From contig JBOICV010000092.1 in assembly GCA_050740255.1 (NCBI GenBank), forward strand, positions 24,708-88,707: 64,000 nt of DNA, read 5' to 3'. Shown here one piece after another: positions 9,405 to 19,767 of this stretch. Source of the stretch: Nevskiales bacterium. GTDB taxonomy: Bacteria; Pseudomonadota; Gammaproteobacteria; Nevskiales; JBOICV01. Under the pieces are notes generated by a model. That model had not been told where the DNA came from. It ran no database searches and saw nothing but the letters and a program-made list of their open reading frames with translations. The translations under genes and the position numbers were made by a program. Within the stretch, counting starts at the first letter, position 1. Every line of letters begins with the position of its first letter.

Positions 9405-10436
9405 TTAAGTCTTGGTGACGCTCTCTATCCCGCCACGCAGCAGATAAGCTTCCAGACCCTGCTTCGACAGCAGGAAGGTCGCGGTTGAGCTGTTGCGGCC
9501 GTCCTTGCAGAACAGCACGTAGGGTTTGCCGTCCGGCAGCGACGACAGACGCGTGCGCAGAATCGGGAAGGGGATGTTCACGCTGCCTTCGATTCGGTCG
9601 TTGGCGACTTCATTCGGCATCCGTACATCCAGCCACTGACCGCCCTTCGCCACCAAATCCTTGGCTTGCTGGAAGCTGACTTCCGGAATCAGCGGCGCCT
9701 TGAGCAGCGCGATGAAATCGGGTTTCGCCAGTTTCATCAACTTGCCGTCGGTCAGCATGCGCACAGTGGCGTTGCGCACACTGCCGGAGATGAGTGCGTC
9801 CTCGCCGAAGCAGGAGCCGGGGCCGAATTCGGCCAGTTTGATCGGCTGCGCCAGATTGGGCGCTTCACGCTCGACCACCACCTTGCCGCGCGCGATGACG
9901 AAGAAGCAATCGCCTTCCGTGCCCTGTTTGATGACGACGTCGCCCGCCTTCATATCCGATGCCTGCATCTTCATGAACACGGTTTGCAGCTTGGCCGGGG
10001 GGACGCGGCCGAAGCCGCGCGTCGCGAGAAAATTGGACATCCAGTCGGCGGCGGGTTCGGACGCTTCCAGGCGCCCGACTTCCATGCTGCTGGGCTGATC
10101 CCAGGAGAGCACCGAACTCAGCAGTTGTGAATCCACCTGCAGCAGGCGCACGTCGCCCGACGCGCGGGCATCGTACGTGCTGGGTACTTCGTGCGGAAAG
10201 GGATGCAGGCCCTTGGCCTTGTCCGTACCCAGCGTGAGCTTGAGTTTGCCGTCGCCACTGAGCAATTCAACCTGGCCTTCCAGCACGTACAGGGTGTCGT
10301 ACACCGACTCGCCGATGCGGAAGATGAAACTGCCCGACTTGAAGTGCCGCGTCTGCAAGCCCTTGGCCATGGCTTGCATGCCCTTGGGGCTGAGCGTGTT
10401 CAGCGGGTGGAGATTTTTGAGTAAGTCGGCGTCCAT
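9405..10436 (-). CDS. Two cyclic-nucleotide-binding domains fused to a C-terminal rhodanese domain
   Basis: 343 aa. It has two CAP_ED-like segments (GDGKLKL.. and [22 protein letters not shown]). The C-terminus [29 protein letters not shown] carries a rhodanese active-site Cys loop. Confidence 0.8.
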   Translation of the reverse strand: MDADLLKNLHPLNTLSPKGMQAMAKGLQTRHFKSGSFIFRIGESVYDTLYVLEGQVELLSGDGKLKLTLGTDKAKGLHPFPHEVPSTYDARASGDVRLLQVDSQLLSSVLSWDQPSSMEVGRLEASEPAADWMSNFLATRGFGRVPPAKLQTVFMKMQASDMKAGDVVIKQGTEGDCFFVIARGKVVVEREAPNLAQPIKLAEFGPGSCFGEDALISGSVRNATVRMLTDGKLMKLAKPDFIALLKAPLIPEVSFQQAKDLVAKGGQWLDVRMPNEVANDRIEGSVNIPFPILRTRLSSLPDGKPYVLFCKDGRNSSTATFLLSKQGLEAYLLRGGIESVTKT

Positions 10437-10542
10437 GGATCGCGTATCAATTCACGCGTGAGTTTAACCCAATGCGCGCGCGAGGTAACGCGTTTTGCAA
10501 GCGGATGGCGAGGGGTTAGTGCCTGGGTTAGAGTCTGCGGAT

Positions 10543-12804
10543 ATGGCTTCAAATCCCACCCTGCGTCGGGCGCTGCAATTCAGCAGCAAATATCTGGTGC
10601 GTATCGCCATCAGCCTCGTGCTCGCATCAGTGTTTTTGGCGCATAGCGTTGGCTTGCTGAGCTGGGGTATTCTCACTGCGATCGAAAACCAGTTGTACGA
10701 CGCGCGCGTGCGGGTATCCATGCCGCTGACCACGGATCCGCGCGTGGTGATCGTGGACATAGACGACAAGAGTCTCGCCGCCGAAGGCCAGTGGCCCTGG
10801 TCGCGCGACAAGCTGGCGCGGCTGATGGATTTATTGTTCGACAAATATGGCGCGCGCCTGGTCGGCTTCGACGTGGTGTTCGCGGAGCGCGACCGTATCG
10901 GCGGCCGTCTCGGCGACTTCGTCGAGCAGTTACGCGCGCAGCTTCCGCCCGAGCAGCGGCCGCTGCTGGAACAGGCACTGAACCAGGGGGCGGCGGACGC
11001 GGCGACCGACCCGCAGTTCGCGCGCTCGCTCGGCAATCGTGCGGTACTGCTGGGTTATAGCTTTAAGGCCCAGCTGCAACCCGGCGAACCGGCCGAGGTG
11101 GGCAGCCTGCCGGCGGGGCTATTCGATTTCAGTGAACTCAAGCCGGCGCCGGCGGTGCCGCAAGCCCTCGGCTATGTCGGCAATCTGGCGATATTGCAGG
11201 AGGCCGCGCTGGGTGGCGGCTACTTCGACAATCCGATGGTGGATGAGGACGGCGTGTTCCGCCGCGTGCCGCTGTTTCAGGAGTTCCAGGGCAAGCTATA
11301 CCCCTCCATCGCGATGGCGATGACGCGGATTTATCTGGGCAAACCGGAAATCAAGTTCGACTTCGAAGGCGCCGGCGCACAAGCGCGGCTGACCCATGTG
11401 CGTCTGGGTGAACGGCGCCTGCGTACCGACCCGCATAGTGCAGTGCTAGTGCCGTTTCGCGGGCCACAACGCACTTTTCCCTTTGTTTCCGCCACCGATG
11501 TGCTGAACGAGAGCGCCAAGATTGACACCCTGTTCGACACCATGGTGCTGATCGGTGCCACCGCGCCGGGTTTGCTCGATCACCGCGTCACGCCGATCGC
11601 GCATATCTATGCGGGCGTCGAGGTGCACGCCAACGTGATCTCGGCGCTGCTGGACAACAAGCTATGGTCCTACCCAGCCAGCAACCTGCTGTACGAGACG
11701 ACCGCGCTGTTTGCGATCGGGCTCATTCTGGCCTTCGCCTTGCCGTATTTCTCGGTATTGGCCGGCGCCGGCCTGCTGGTGGGGCTGATTATGCTCAGCG
11801 TATTCATCAACCTCTTGCTGTGGTACGGCACGCGCACGGTGCTGCCGTTGGCGTCGCCGGTGATTTACGCGATTCTCTGCACCATGATGCAGATGACCTA
11901 CGGCTTTTTCGTCGAAATGCGCGGGCGTCGCCGTCTGGGTCAGATGTTCGGCCAATACATCCCCTCGGAAGTGGTGGCGGAGCTCGACCGGCTCGGCAAG
12001 GAAATCTCGCTCGAAGGCGAGAGCCGCGAGATGACGGTGCTGTTCTCCGATATCCGCAACTTCACGCCCATCGCCGAGCGGCTGCAACCCAGGGAACTCA
12101 CCGCGCTGATCAACGAATTCCTCACCCCTTTGACGCGCACCATCCACGCCAACCGCGGCACCATAGACAAATACATGGGCGACGCGGTCATGGCCTTCTG
12201 GGGCGCGCCGCTGACGGACGAGCAGCATGCGCTGCATGCCGTGGAAGCGGCGCTCGATATGGTCGAGGTCATGCGTACGCTGCGGGCCGATTTCGCCAAT
12301 CGCGGACTGCCGGAACTCAATATTGGCATCGGCATCAATACCGGTCCCATGATCGTCGGCAATATGGGCTCGGAGTTTCGTGTCGGCTATACCGTGATGG
12401 GCGATGCAGTAAATTTGGGCTCGCGGCTGGAAGGTCTATCCAAGCAGTACGACACGGGCATCGTGGTCGGCGAAGCGACGGTCATTAAAGTGGCGGGTTT
12501 TCGCTTCCGCGAACTGGATCGGGTGCGCGTCAAGGGCAAGCTCGAACCGATCAGCATCTTCGAGCCGATCGGTCCGGAGAACAAGCTCGCCGAGCGCCGC
12601 CGCGCCGAACTGGAAGCCTATGAACGCGCGTTGGCGCTATACCGCGACAACGACTGGGACGGTGCGGGGCAGGCGTTCGAGATGCTGAGCATGACTTATG
12701 CCGGTGCGGGCCTGTACCGCATCTACACCGGACGTTGCGCGTTTTACCGCTCGCATCCGCCGCCGCCAAGCTGGGACGGGGTGTTCTCCTACACCACCAA
12801 ATAA
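10543..12804 (+). CDS. CHASE2 sensor domain-containing class III adenylate/guanylate cyclase
   Basis: The ORF track starts at a TTG (10495); the first ATG (10543) gives MASNPTLRR.. The protein has a periplasmic CHASE2-like region (VVIVDIDDKSLAAEGQWPWSRD), three or more TM helices, then a cyclase core (MTVLFSDIRNFTPIAE..GDAVMAFWGAP..GYTVMGDAVNLGSRLE). Confidence 0.9.
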   Translation: MASNPTLRRALQFSSKYLVRIAISLVLASVFLAHSVGLLSWGILTAIENQLYDARVRVSMPLTTDPRVVIVDIDDKSLAAEGQWPWSRDKLARLMDLLFDKYGARLVGFDVVFAERDRIGGRLGDFVEQLRAQLPPEQRPLLEQALNQGAADAATDPQFARSLGNRAVLLGYSFKAQLQPGEPAEVGSLPAGLFDFSELKPAPAVPQALGYVGNLAILQEAALGGGYFDNPMVDEDGVFRRVPLFQEFQGKLYPSIAMAMTRIYLGKPEIKFDFEGAGAQARLTHVRLGERRLRTDPHSAVLVPFRGPQRTFPFVSATDVLNESAKIDTLFDTMVLIGATAPGLLDHRVTPIAHIYAGVEVHANVISALLDNKLWSYPASNLLYETTALFAIGLILAFALPYFSVLAGAGLLVGLIMLSVFINLLLWYGTRTVLPLASPVIYAILCTMMQMTYGFFVEMRGRRRLGQMFGQYIPSEVVAELDRLGKEISLEGESREMTVLFSDIRNFTPIAERLQPRELTALINEFLTPLTRTIHANRGTIDKYMGDAVMAFWGAPLTDEQHALHAVEAALDMVEVMRTLRADFANRGLPELNIGIGINTGPMIVGNMGSEFRVGYTVMGDAVNLGSRLEGLSKQYDTGIVVGEATVIKVAGFRFRELDRVRVKGKLEPISIFEPIGPENKLAERRRAELEAYERALALYRDNDWDGAGQAFEMLSMTYAGAGLYRIYTGRCAFYRSHPPPPSWDGVFSYTTK

Positions 12805-12857
12805 CCAGCGCCGCTAGGCTAAACTGGCGCGAACCTGATAAGAATTCCCGCGCAAGC

Positions 12858-14750
12858 ATGGCGCAAACACAGGCGCTGGCGTTCATCGCCAAGCTTCCCC
12901 GATCCGCCAAGATCATCATCCTGATCGGGCTGGACGCGGTGCTTTTGCCGCTCGCCCTGTACCTGGCCTATGTATTGCGGCTGGGTCAATGGTTGCCGTC
13001 CATGCTGCCGCCCTGGTGGCTGTGGCCGCTGACGGCGCTATCCGCGATTCCTCTGATGTATGCGCAAGGTGTGTACGATGCCGTAGTGCGGTATCTGCGC
13101 TCGCCCACGCTGATCCTCATCGTGCAAAGCCTCGGCGTGAGCACCTTGCTGCTGGTGGCGCTGGTGTTCCTGTTCTCCAGCAACCGCGAGGTGCCGCGCT
13201 CGGTGCTGCCCCTGTATCTGGTGTTATCCACACTGCTGGTGTGCGCCAGCCGGCTGGCGGCGCGCGGCATGCTGGTGCCGGCGCGGCGCGCGCGGCGTTT
13301 GGCGCGTCCGGTGGCGATTTATGGCGCCGGCATCGCCGGCCGGCAACTGGCCTCGGCGCTGGAACATCATCATGATCTCAGTCCGCGCCTGTTTTTCGAT
13401 GACAGCCGCGAACTGCAGGGCCGCGTCGTGCAGGGTTTGCGCGTGCACGCTCCCGCCGAGCTGGACGCGCTGATCGAGCGCCACGGACTGACCGACGTAC
13501 TGCTGGCAATTCCATCCTTGCCGCGCTCGCGCCAGCGCGAAATTTTCAATTTTCTCGACTCGCGTCCGGTCAAGGTGATGGTGATGCCGAGCATGACCGA
13601 CGTCGCGCGCGGCCAAGTGACCGTCAGCGATCTGCGCGAGGTGCAGATCGAAGACATCCTGGGGCGCGAACCGGTGGTGCCGGATTCCACCCTGCTGCAC
13701 CTGTGCATCACCGGCAAAGCGGTCATGGTGACCGGCGCCGGCGGTTCGATCGGAGCGGAGCTGAGCCGGCAAATCGTCAAGCTGACGCCGAGCAAGCTGG
13801 TGCTGTTCGAGCAATCGGAGCTGGCGTTATACGAAGTCGAGCGTGAGCTGCGGCAGCGCCTGCCGGACGGCAGCGCACTGGTCAGCGTGCTGGGCAATGT
13901 ACAGGAGCAGGGCGCGGTCGAGGCGGCGCTGCGCGCGCATGCCGTGCAGACGGTTTATCACGCGGCGGCTTACAAGCATGTGCCGCTGGTCGAGCACAAT
14001 CCCTTTGAAGGCGTGCTCAACAATACCTTCGGCACACTGGCGGCGGCGCAGGCCGCGCGGGCCGCGGGCACAGAAACTTTTGTGCTGATCTCCACCGACA
14101 AGGCGGTGCGGCCGACCAATGTCATGGGCGCCAGCAAACGTCTGGCTGAAATGGCCTTGCAGGCCATGGCGCAGGCGGGGCCGGCGCCGCCGGGACCGAC
14201 GACAGTGTTCTCGATGGTGCGTTTCGGCAATGTGCTGGGTTCTTCGGGTTCGGTGGTGCCCTTGTTCCGCGAGCAAATCCACCGTGGCGGGCCGGTGACG
14301 ATCACGCATCCGGACATGGTGCGTTACTTCATGACCATCCCCGAGGCCGCGCAGCTTGTTATTCAGGCCGGCGCGATGGGCCGCGCCGGCGAGGTGTTCG
14401 TGCTCGATATGGGCGAACCCGTCAAGATTCTGGACTTGGCGCGCCGCATGATTCGCCTGTCGGGTTTGACCCTGCGCGATACCGAACATCCCGACGGCGA
14501 TATCGGCATCAGCTTCACCGGCGTGCGTCCGGGCGAGAAGCTGTTCGAAGAACTGCTGATCGCCGCCACCGATGTGCCGACCCGGCATCCGCGCATTCTC
14601 TGCGCCCAGGAGGCCTTCTGGCCCTGGGAGCGGCTGGCGCCGTATCTGGAAAAGCTGCGCCAGGCCATTAGCGATCAGGACGCGGCGCGGCTGCGCGCTT
14701 TGCTCGGTGAGGCGGTCAGCGGTTACCTCAATCCGCTTGAAACGAACTGA
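12858..14750 (+). CDS. Polysaccharide biosynthesis protein, CapD/WbpM/PglF-type membrane-bound NDP-sugar 4,6-dehydratase/epimerase
   Basis: The internal ATG gives MAQTQALAFIAKLPRSAKIIILIGLD.., followed by 4 TM helices. It has the Rossmann motif VTGAGGSIGAEL and the later FVLISTDKAVRPTNVMGASKR segment. Confidence 0.9.
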   Translation: MAQTQALAFIAKLPRSAKIIILIGLDAVLLPLALYLAYVLRLGQWLPSMLPPWWLWPLTALSAIPLMYAQGVYDAVVRYLRSPTLILIVQSLGVSTLLLVALVFLFSSNREVPRSVLPLYLVLSTLLVCASRLAARGMLVPARRARRLARPVAIYGAGIAGRQLASALEHHHDLSPRLFFDDSRELQGRVVQGLRVHAPAELDALIERHGLTDVLLAIPSLPRSRQREIFNFLDSRPVKVMVMPSMTDVARGQVTVSDLREVQIEDILGREPVVPDSTLLHLCITGKAVMVTGAGGSIGAELSRQIVKLTPSKLVLFEQSELALYEVERELRQRLPDGSALVSVLGNVQEQGAVEAALRAHAVQTVYHAAAYKHVPLVEHNPFEGVLNNTFGTLAAAQAARAAGTETFVLISTDKAVRPTNVMGASKRLAEMALQAMAQAGPAPPGPTTVFSMVRFGNVLGSSGSVVPLFREQIHRGGPVTITHPDMVRYFMTIPEAAQLVIQAGAMGRAGEVFVLDMGEPVKILDLARRMIRLSGLTLRDTEHPDGDIGISFTGVRPGEKLFEELLIAATDVPTRHPRILCAQEAFWPWERLAPYLEKLRQAISDQDAARLRALLGEAVSGYLNPLETN

Positions 14751-14842
14751 GCTGGCCCCCATATAAGGTGTAAGGCTGGACCGCCGGCTTGGCGCTATAC
14801 TCCCGCGCCGTCTGTGAGTCTGACCGGGTTTCGAGAAGTTTT

Positions 14843-15187
14843 ATGCCTATTTACGAGTACCACTGCCGCAGTTGCGGTACGGAAACAGAAAAGCTGCAGC
14901 GTCTTGGCGCGGCTGATTTAACCGAATGCCCGGCCTGTCATCAGCCGAGTCTGGAGCGAACGGTGTCGGCCGCAGGCTTTCGCCTCAAAGGCGGCGGCTG
15001 GTACGAGACCGACTTCAAGAGCGCGAGCAAGAAAAACGTCGCCGGCGATAGCGAGGCCAAACCCGCTGGCGCGGAAAAAACCGAAAAAGCGGAAAAACCC
15101 GAAAAAACCGAGAAGGCTGTGCCCGCTGCTGCCGCTACGACCGACAGCAGCAAACCCGCCACCGGCTCGGGCGCCAGCGCGGCCTGA
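14843..15187 (+). CDS. FmdB-family zinc-ribbon protein with a Lys/Glu-rich C-terminal tail
   Basis: MPIYEYHCRSCGTETEKLQRLGAADLTECPACH is the canonical FmdB N-terminus, and GGGWYETDFKS follows it. Confidence 0.85.
   Translation: MPIYEYHCRSCGTETEKLQRLGAADLTECPACHQPSLERTVSAAGFRLKGGGWYETDFKSASKKNVAGDSEAKPAGAEKTEKAEKPEKTEKAVPAAAATTDSSKPATGSGASAA
15074..15118 (+). repeat. 5 x 9-nt tandem repeat inside the FmdB-like gene (encodes EKT-EKA-EKP-EKT-EKA)
   Basis: The sequence reads GAAAAAACC GAAAAAGCG GAAAAACCC GAAAAAACC GAGAAGGCT directly. Confidence 0.8.
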
Positions 15188-15199
15188 GTTTCCGAGCCT

Positions 15200-15847
15200 A
15201 TGACTGACCTGTCCCCAGCCAGCCTGTGGGGGCGACGCGGCGCGATAGCGGTGCTGTTGCGCAAATGGGCGATTGCCGGCCTGGTCGTCTGGATTCCACT
15301 CGGCGTCACCCTGTTGGTGCTGCGTTTCTTCATCAAGACGCTGGACGCCAGCCTGCTGCTGATTCCTGCCGCGATACGACCCGATATTCCGGGTCTGGGC
15401 ATCCTTTTATCCCTCGTGCTGGTGCTGGGCACCGGCGCGCTGGCCGCCAACTTTATCGGCGGTCAATTGCTGCAGTGGGCGGAAGAACTGCTCGACCGCG
15501 TACCCCTGGTGCGTTCGATTTATAGCGGCATGAAGAAGCTGGCCGAGACGCTGTTCTCCAAGGGTTCCGCTTCTTTCCGCCAACCCATTCTGATTCAGTA
15601 TCCCTGCAAGGGTGTGTGGAGCGTCGCCTTCATCACCGGCCAACCGATTCCGGAAGCCGAAGCAAGAATCGGCAAGAAGCTGGTAACGGTGTACGTGCCG
15701 ACCACGCCCAATCCGACCTCCGGTTTTGTCGTGCTGGTGCCCGCGGATGAAGTGGTGCACCTCGACATGAGCGTCGAGGCCGCGATGAACCTGATTATTT
15801 CTCTGGGCGTGGTGACACCCGAGTCCAAGAGCCTGGGCCAGCTATAG
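15200..15847 (+). CDS. DUF502 domain-containing membrane protein
   Basis: 215 aa with an N-terminal pair of TM helices. The segment [32 protein letters not shown] is typical of DUF502. The FmdB-DUF502-aspS order is a common proteobacterial arrangement. Confidence 0.8.
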   Translation: MTDLSPASLWGRRGAIAVLLRKWAIAGLVVWIPLGVTLLVLRFFIKTLDASLLLIPAAIRPDIPGLGILLSLVLVLGTGALAANFIGGQLLQWAEELLDRVPLVRSIYSGMKKLAETLFSKGSASFRQPILIQYPCKGVWSVAFITGQPIPEAEARIGKKLVTVYVPTTPNPTSGFVVLVPADEVVHLDMSVEAAMNLIISLGVVTPESKSLGQL

Positions 15848-15963
15848 CAGCAGGTTTTACCTGCACAGACGAGCTATCGCGCGCAGGCGCGCTCCTACAT
15901 CTTCTATCCCCGGCGCGCCGGCGCCGCTACAATGCGCGGCTCGGATTCCATCCTCTCCCGATC

Positions 15964-17739
15964 ATGCGTTCCCACTACTGTGGCGAAGTCACCGCCGCCC
16001 TGACCGGTCAGCACGTCACGGTCGCCGGCTGGGTGCACCGCCGCCGCGACCATGGCGGGGTGATCTTCATTGACCTGCGTGACCGCGAAGGCCTGCTGCA
16101 ACTCGTGTTCGATCCAGACCAGGCCGAGCTGTTCGCCCAGGCCGAACGCTTGCGCAACGAATACGTGATCAGCGTGGAAGGTGTAGTGCGCCCGCGCCCG
16201 GCCGGTACCGAGAACGCCAGGCTCAAGACCGGCCAGGTGGAAGTGGCGGCCGCGCGGCTCGAGTTGCTCAACCGTTCGGAGCCGGTGCCTTTCCAGCTCG
16301 ACGACGACACGGTCGGCGAGGAAACGCGGCTGCGCTTCCGCTACGTGGATTTGCGGCGGCCGCAGATGCAGAAAAACCTGCGCCTGCGCCATGCAATCAT
16401 CAAACGCATGCGTAATTACATGGATGAGCACGGCTTTGTCGATGTCGAAACGCCGATACTCACCCGCGCCACTCCCGAAGGCGCGCGCGACTATCTGGTG
16501 CCCAGCCGCAACCAGCCGGGTCATTTCTTCGCCCTGCCGCAGTCGCCGCAACTGTTCAAGCAGTTGCTGATGATGTCGGGGCTGGATCGCTACTACCAGA
16601 TCGCACGCTGTTTCCGGGATGAGGATCTCAGAGCCGACCGCCAGCCGGAATTCACCCAGCTCGATATTGAGACCAGTTTCCTGTCCATGCAGGAAATCAT
16701 GGCCGTCATCGAGGGCCTGGTGCGGGACTTGTTTCAGGCCGTCCTCGGCGTGGACCTTGGCGTCTTGCCGCATATGTCTTATGCCGAGGCGATGCTGCGC
16801 TACGGTTCCGACAAACCCGACCTGCGCAACCCGCTGGAGCTAGTGGAGATAAGGGAACGGGTCAAGGACGTGGACTTCAAGGTTTTTGCCACTCCCGCCA
16901 ACGATCCCAAGTGCCGCGTGGCGGCCTTGCGCGTTCCAAACGGCCGCGAAAAACTCTCGCGCGGCCAGATTGATGCCTGCACCGAATTCGTCAAGCAATA
17001 CGGCGCCAAGGGTCTGGCCTACATCGTGGTTAACGACAAGGCCAAGGGACGAGACGGCTTGCAATCGCCCATCGTCAAGAATCTGCACGACCAGGCCCTC
17101 GCGGGGATATTGGAAGCCACCGGCGCGCAGGATGGCGACGTGATTTTCTTCGGCGCCGATAAATTCAGAGTCGTCTGTGATGCGCTCGGCGCGCTGCGGC
17201 TGAAGCTGGGACAGGAGCTGGGTGTCACCGCCGGCGGCTGGCGCGCCTTGTGGGTGGTGGACTGGCCCATGTTCGAGTGGGACGACCAACACCATGGCTG
17301 GGTGTCGCTGCACCATCCGTTCACCGCGCCGAAAATCGGCGCAGCCGAGGAGTTGCAGAACAATCCGGGTGAGGTGCTGTCCCAGGGCTATGACATCGTG
17401 CTGAACGGCACTGAGTTGGGCGGCGGCTCGGTGCGTATTCACCAGCCCGAGCTGCAGCAGGCGGTGTTCAATCTGCTGGGCATAGCTCCAGAGGAGCAAC
17501 AGGAGAAATTCGGTTTTCTGCTGGAGGCGCTCAGCTACGGCGCACCGCCGCACGGCGGCCTGGCAATCGGCATTGACCGGCTGGTGATGCTGATGGCCGG
17601 TGCGCAATCCATCCGTGAAGTCATCGCCTTCCCCAAAACCCAGAGCGCGAGCTGCCTGCTGACGGCTGCACCCGGTAAAGTTGACCCGAAGCAGTTGCGC
17701 GAGCTGGGTCTGCGTTTGCGCGAGCCGCCGACGGGTTAG
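15964..17739 (+). CDS. aspS: Aspartate--tRNA ligase
   Basis: 591 aa. It starts [32 protein letters not shown] and has class II motifs [18 protein letters not shown] and [16 protein letters not shown]. Confidence 0.97.
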   Translation: MRSHYCGEVTAALTGQHVTVAGWVHRRRDHGGVIFIDLRDREGLLQLVFDPDQAELFAQAERLRNEYVISVEGVVRPRPAGTENARLKTGQVEVAAARLELLNRSEPVPFQLDDDTVGEETRLRFRYVDLRRPQMQKNLRLRHAIIKRMRNYMDEHGFVDVETPILTRATPEGARDYLVPSRNQPGHFFALPQSPQLFKQLLMMSGLDRYYQIARCFRDEDLRADRQPEFTQLDIETSFLSMQEIMAVIEGLVRDLFQAVLGVDLGVLPHMSYAEAMLRYGSDKPDLRNPLELVEIRERVKDVDFKVFATPANDPKCRVAALRVPNGREKLSRGQIDACTEFVKQYGAKGLAYIVVNDKAKGRDGLQSPIVKNLHDQALAGILEATGAQDGDVIFFGADKFRVVCDALGALRLKLGQELGVTAGGWRALWVVDWPMFEWDDQHHGWVSLHHPFTAPKIGAAEELQNNPGEVLSQGYDIVLNGTELGGGSVRIHQPELQQAVFNLLGIAPEEQQEKFGFLLEALSYGAPPHGGLAIGIDRLVMLMAGAQSIREVIAFPKTQSASCLLTAAPGKVDPKQLRELGLRLREPPTG

Positions 17740-17804
17740 GCGCTGATGGGCAATATGTCCTTATAGTAGATACTGGTCACCTATTCGGTTGGAGAGTCGC
17801 AGTC

Positions 17805-19697
17805 ATGCTGCAAGTTTCGTCAGTGCGAATAAGTGTGTTCGCTGTGGTGCTGGCCGCCTTGGCGGGCTGCGATGCCGATCTGGGGGAGGGCAACCGTCTG
17901 GAACGGGTCAGGCTCGAAGCTGTGTTTGCCGATCCCACACTGGAGCTGGAAACGCTCAGCACCGGTGAGACCAAGGCGAAGGCGTCGCGCTGTTTTCGCA
18001 GCGCCATTTCCGCCGTCGGCACCTTCAGCGACGGCAGCCGTGAGAACCTGAGCGGACGTGCCAACTTTAGCAGCAGCGATCCCGCCGTGATCCGCGTCAG
18101 CAACGGCGACGAGCGGGATGCGGACAACAACAGGCTGGGCCGCGGCGTCATCACGCCGGTGGGCGCGGTCGGCAGCAAGGCCACGATTGCCGTCGAGTTC
18201 CTTGGCCTGCGCGCCGAAGCGGAGGTGACGGTTCAGGACGCCCGCCTGGATATTTCACCACCCGCACTGGAGATGGCCTTCGGTACAACCCAGCTGCTGA
18301 CGGCGCTGGGGTTGATTGATCGCCGCCTGGTGGTATCGGCTGCCGGCAGCGTGACCTGGTCCGTGGTCAATGCCGGCGCGGCCGAAGCGACCATCGATTC
18401 CGTCACCGGCCTGCTGACCGCCACCAAGGGTGGATCGGCCGCAAGCGACCAGATCGTGGTGAAGGCGGATCCGCGCATCACCGACTGTGACGGCTTCGCC
18501 GCGCAATTGAGTGTGCGCATCAATAACCGCGTGTTTGACCGGCTCGAGTTGCGTACCGAGCACCTCGGCAACAATCCCGATCCCTTGCTGCAACGGCCGC
18601 TGAGTCAGGAGGGTCTGCGCGTCTTCGGCGTGGACGAAAGCGGCGGCAGCATCCTGTTCGAGCAAGACCTGTCGGCAAACATCGCGCGCAATCAGGTGAA
18701 CGCGATTACCAACAACACCGAGCAAGTGCTGGTGGCCGAAGACCCGGACACGCCGGGTTCGACCACGACTATCGCCGGCTTCCTTTTGAGCGATGTCATC
18801 ACGGTGCTCACCGGAACACCGGCCAGCGAACTCACGACAGACGACGCGCGTCTGCGCATTCGCTTTGACCAGGACACGAGCGATACCGCCCGTCTCGAAC
18901 GAAGCTTTATCGTGCGCGTACCCCGGATCGCCTTGTCGCGGCTGCAGATTCAGCCGGCGACGCGCAGCTTGTTTCCGGGCACCAGCGTAACGTTCACGGT
19001 GGCGGGCACTTACACGGACAGCAGCACTCAGGACCTGACCCGCAATGTCAGTTGGAGCACCAGCGATACCAACATCTCGGGCATCGGCAACCCGGCGCTG
19101 CGTGACGCTTTTGCCAGCGCCAGCGTGGATGCGGCGAACGGCAGCGTGACGGTGGATGCGCAGCGCACCGATCCTGTTACCGCTGCACTCATCAAAGCGT
19201 CGGACAGTAGCGGTGGCGCCACGCTCACCGTCAGCAACCAGCTTGCTTCATTCACCATCGAGCCGGCGAGCGGTACTGTGCCGGAAGGACGGCAGTTGGC
19301 TTTGCGCGCCGTCGGCAGCAACGGCCAGGATTTGACCAACTCGGTGATCTGGACTTCGCAGAACCCCGCCGGCGCGGTGGTGGACAACCTCTTCCCCAAC
19401 ATCGGTGTGGCCACCGGCGTGAGCACGAGCGGTTCACCGGTCATCATCAACGCGCGTCTGTTTCGTGAAACCAGCGCCGGCGTAACCACCGACCTTAGTG
19501 CGACTGCCAGCGTTACAGTGCAGCCCGCCGGGACGGCTGGTGCGGGTGGCAGCGGTGGTGCCGGTGGCACCGGCGGGAGCGCTGGTGCAGGGGGTACGGG
19601 CGGTAGCGGCGGTAGTGGTGGAACCGGCGGCAGTGGTGGAACGGGTGGCGGCGGTGGCCTCCTCTGCATCCCGCCGCTGCTCCCGATCGGCTGCTGA
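17805..19697 (+). CDS. Lipoprotein with repeated bacterial Ig-like (Big_2-type) domains, a Gly-rich linker and a short Cys-bounded C-terminal motif
   Basis: RBS ggagag and lipobox LAALAGC. At least four segments follow the pattern V.W.S....A.V...G.VT. The C-terminus reads AGTAGAGGSGGAGGTGGS..GGGGGLLCIPPLLPIGC*. Confidence 0.8.
   Translation: MLQVSSVRISVFAVVLAALAGCDADLGEGNRLERVRLEAVFADPTLELETLSTGETKAKASRCFRSAISAVGTFSDGSRENLSGRANFSSSDPAVIRVSNGDERDADNNRLGRGVITPVGAVGSKATIAVEFLGLRAEAEVTVQDARLDISPPALEMAFGTTQLLTALGLIDRRLVVSAAGSVTWSVVNAGAAEATIDSVTGLLTATKGGSAASDQIVVKADPRITDCDGFAAQLSVRINNRVFDRLELRTEHLGNNPDPLLQRPLSQEGLRVFGVDESGGSILFEQDLSANIARNQVNAITNNTEQVLVAEDPDTPGSTTTIAGFLLSDVITVLTGTPASELTTDDARLRIRFDQDTSDTARLERSFIVRVPRIALSRLQIQPATRSLFPGTSVTFTVAGTYTDSSTQDLTRNVSWSTSDTNISGIGNPALRDAFASASVDAANGSVTVDAQRTDPVTAALIKASDSSGGATLTVSNQLASFTIEPASGTVPEGRQLALRAVGSNGQDLTNSVIWTSQNPAGAVVDNLFPNIGVATGVSTSGSPVIINARLFRETSAGVTTDLSATASVTVQPAGTAGAGGSGGAGGTGGSAGAGGTGGSGGSGGTGGSGGTGGGGGLLCIPPLLPIGC
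19534..19658 (+). repeat. GGN-codon low-complexity tract (Gly-rich linker) within the Ig-like lipoprotein gene
   Basis: About 40 consecutive codons are mostly GGN/AGC/ACC with internal near-repeats (ggtagtggtggaaccggcggc / agtggtggaacgggtggcggc). Confidence 0.8.
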
Positions 19698-19767
19698 ACG
19701 CCGCGTCTTGTTCGCGGGTCTATAATTTACAGATGAAATTGGCTCAGGCCGTACCGCAGGTGCTGTG

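Noticed and set aside
19028-19669. A proline-rich 213-aa minus-strand ORF (PPPPPVPPLPPVPP..)
   Set aside because: It is the reverse complement of the GGN-rich linker of the Ig-like lipoprotein gene, which has a lipobox, repeated Ig-like segments and a good RBS on the plus strand.
19695-19728. A sigma70 promoter for nadA based on a perfect TATAAT at 19721-19726
   Set aside because: No acceptable -35 hexamer lies at 16-19 nt spacing. The nearest TTG-containing hexamers are 7 or 20 nt away. It was therefore not reported as a feature.
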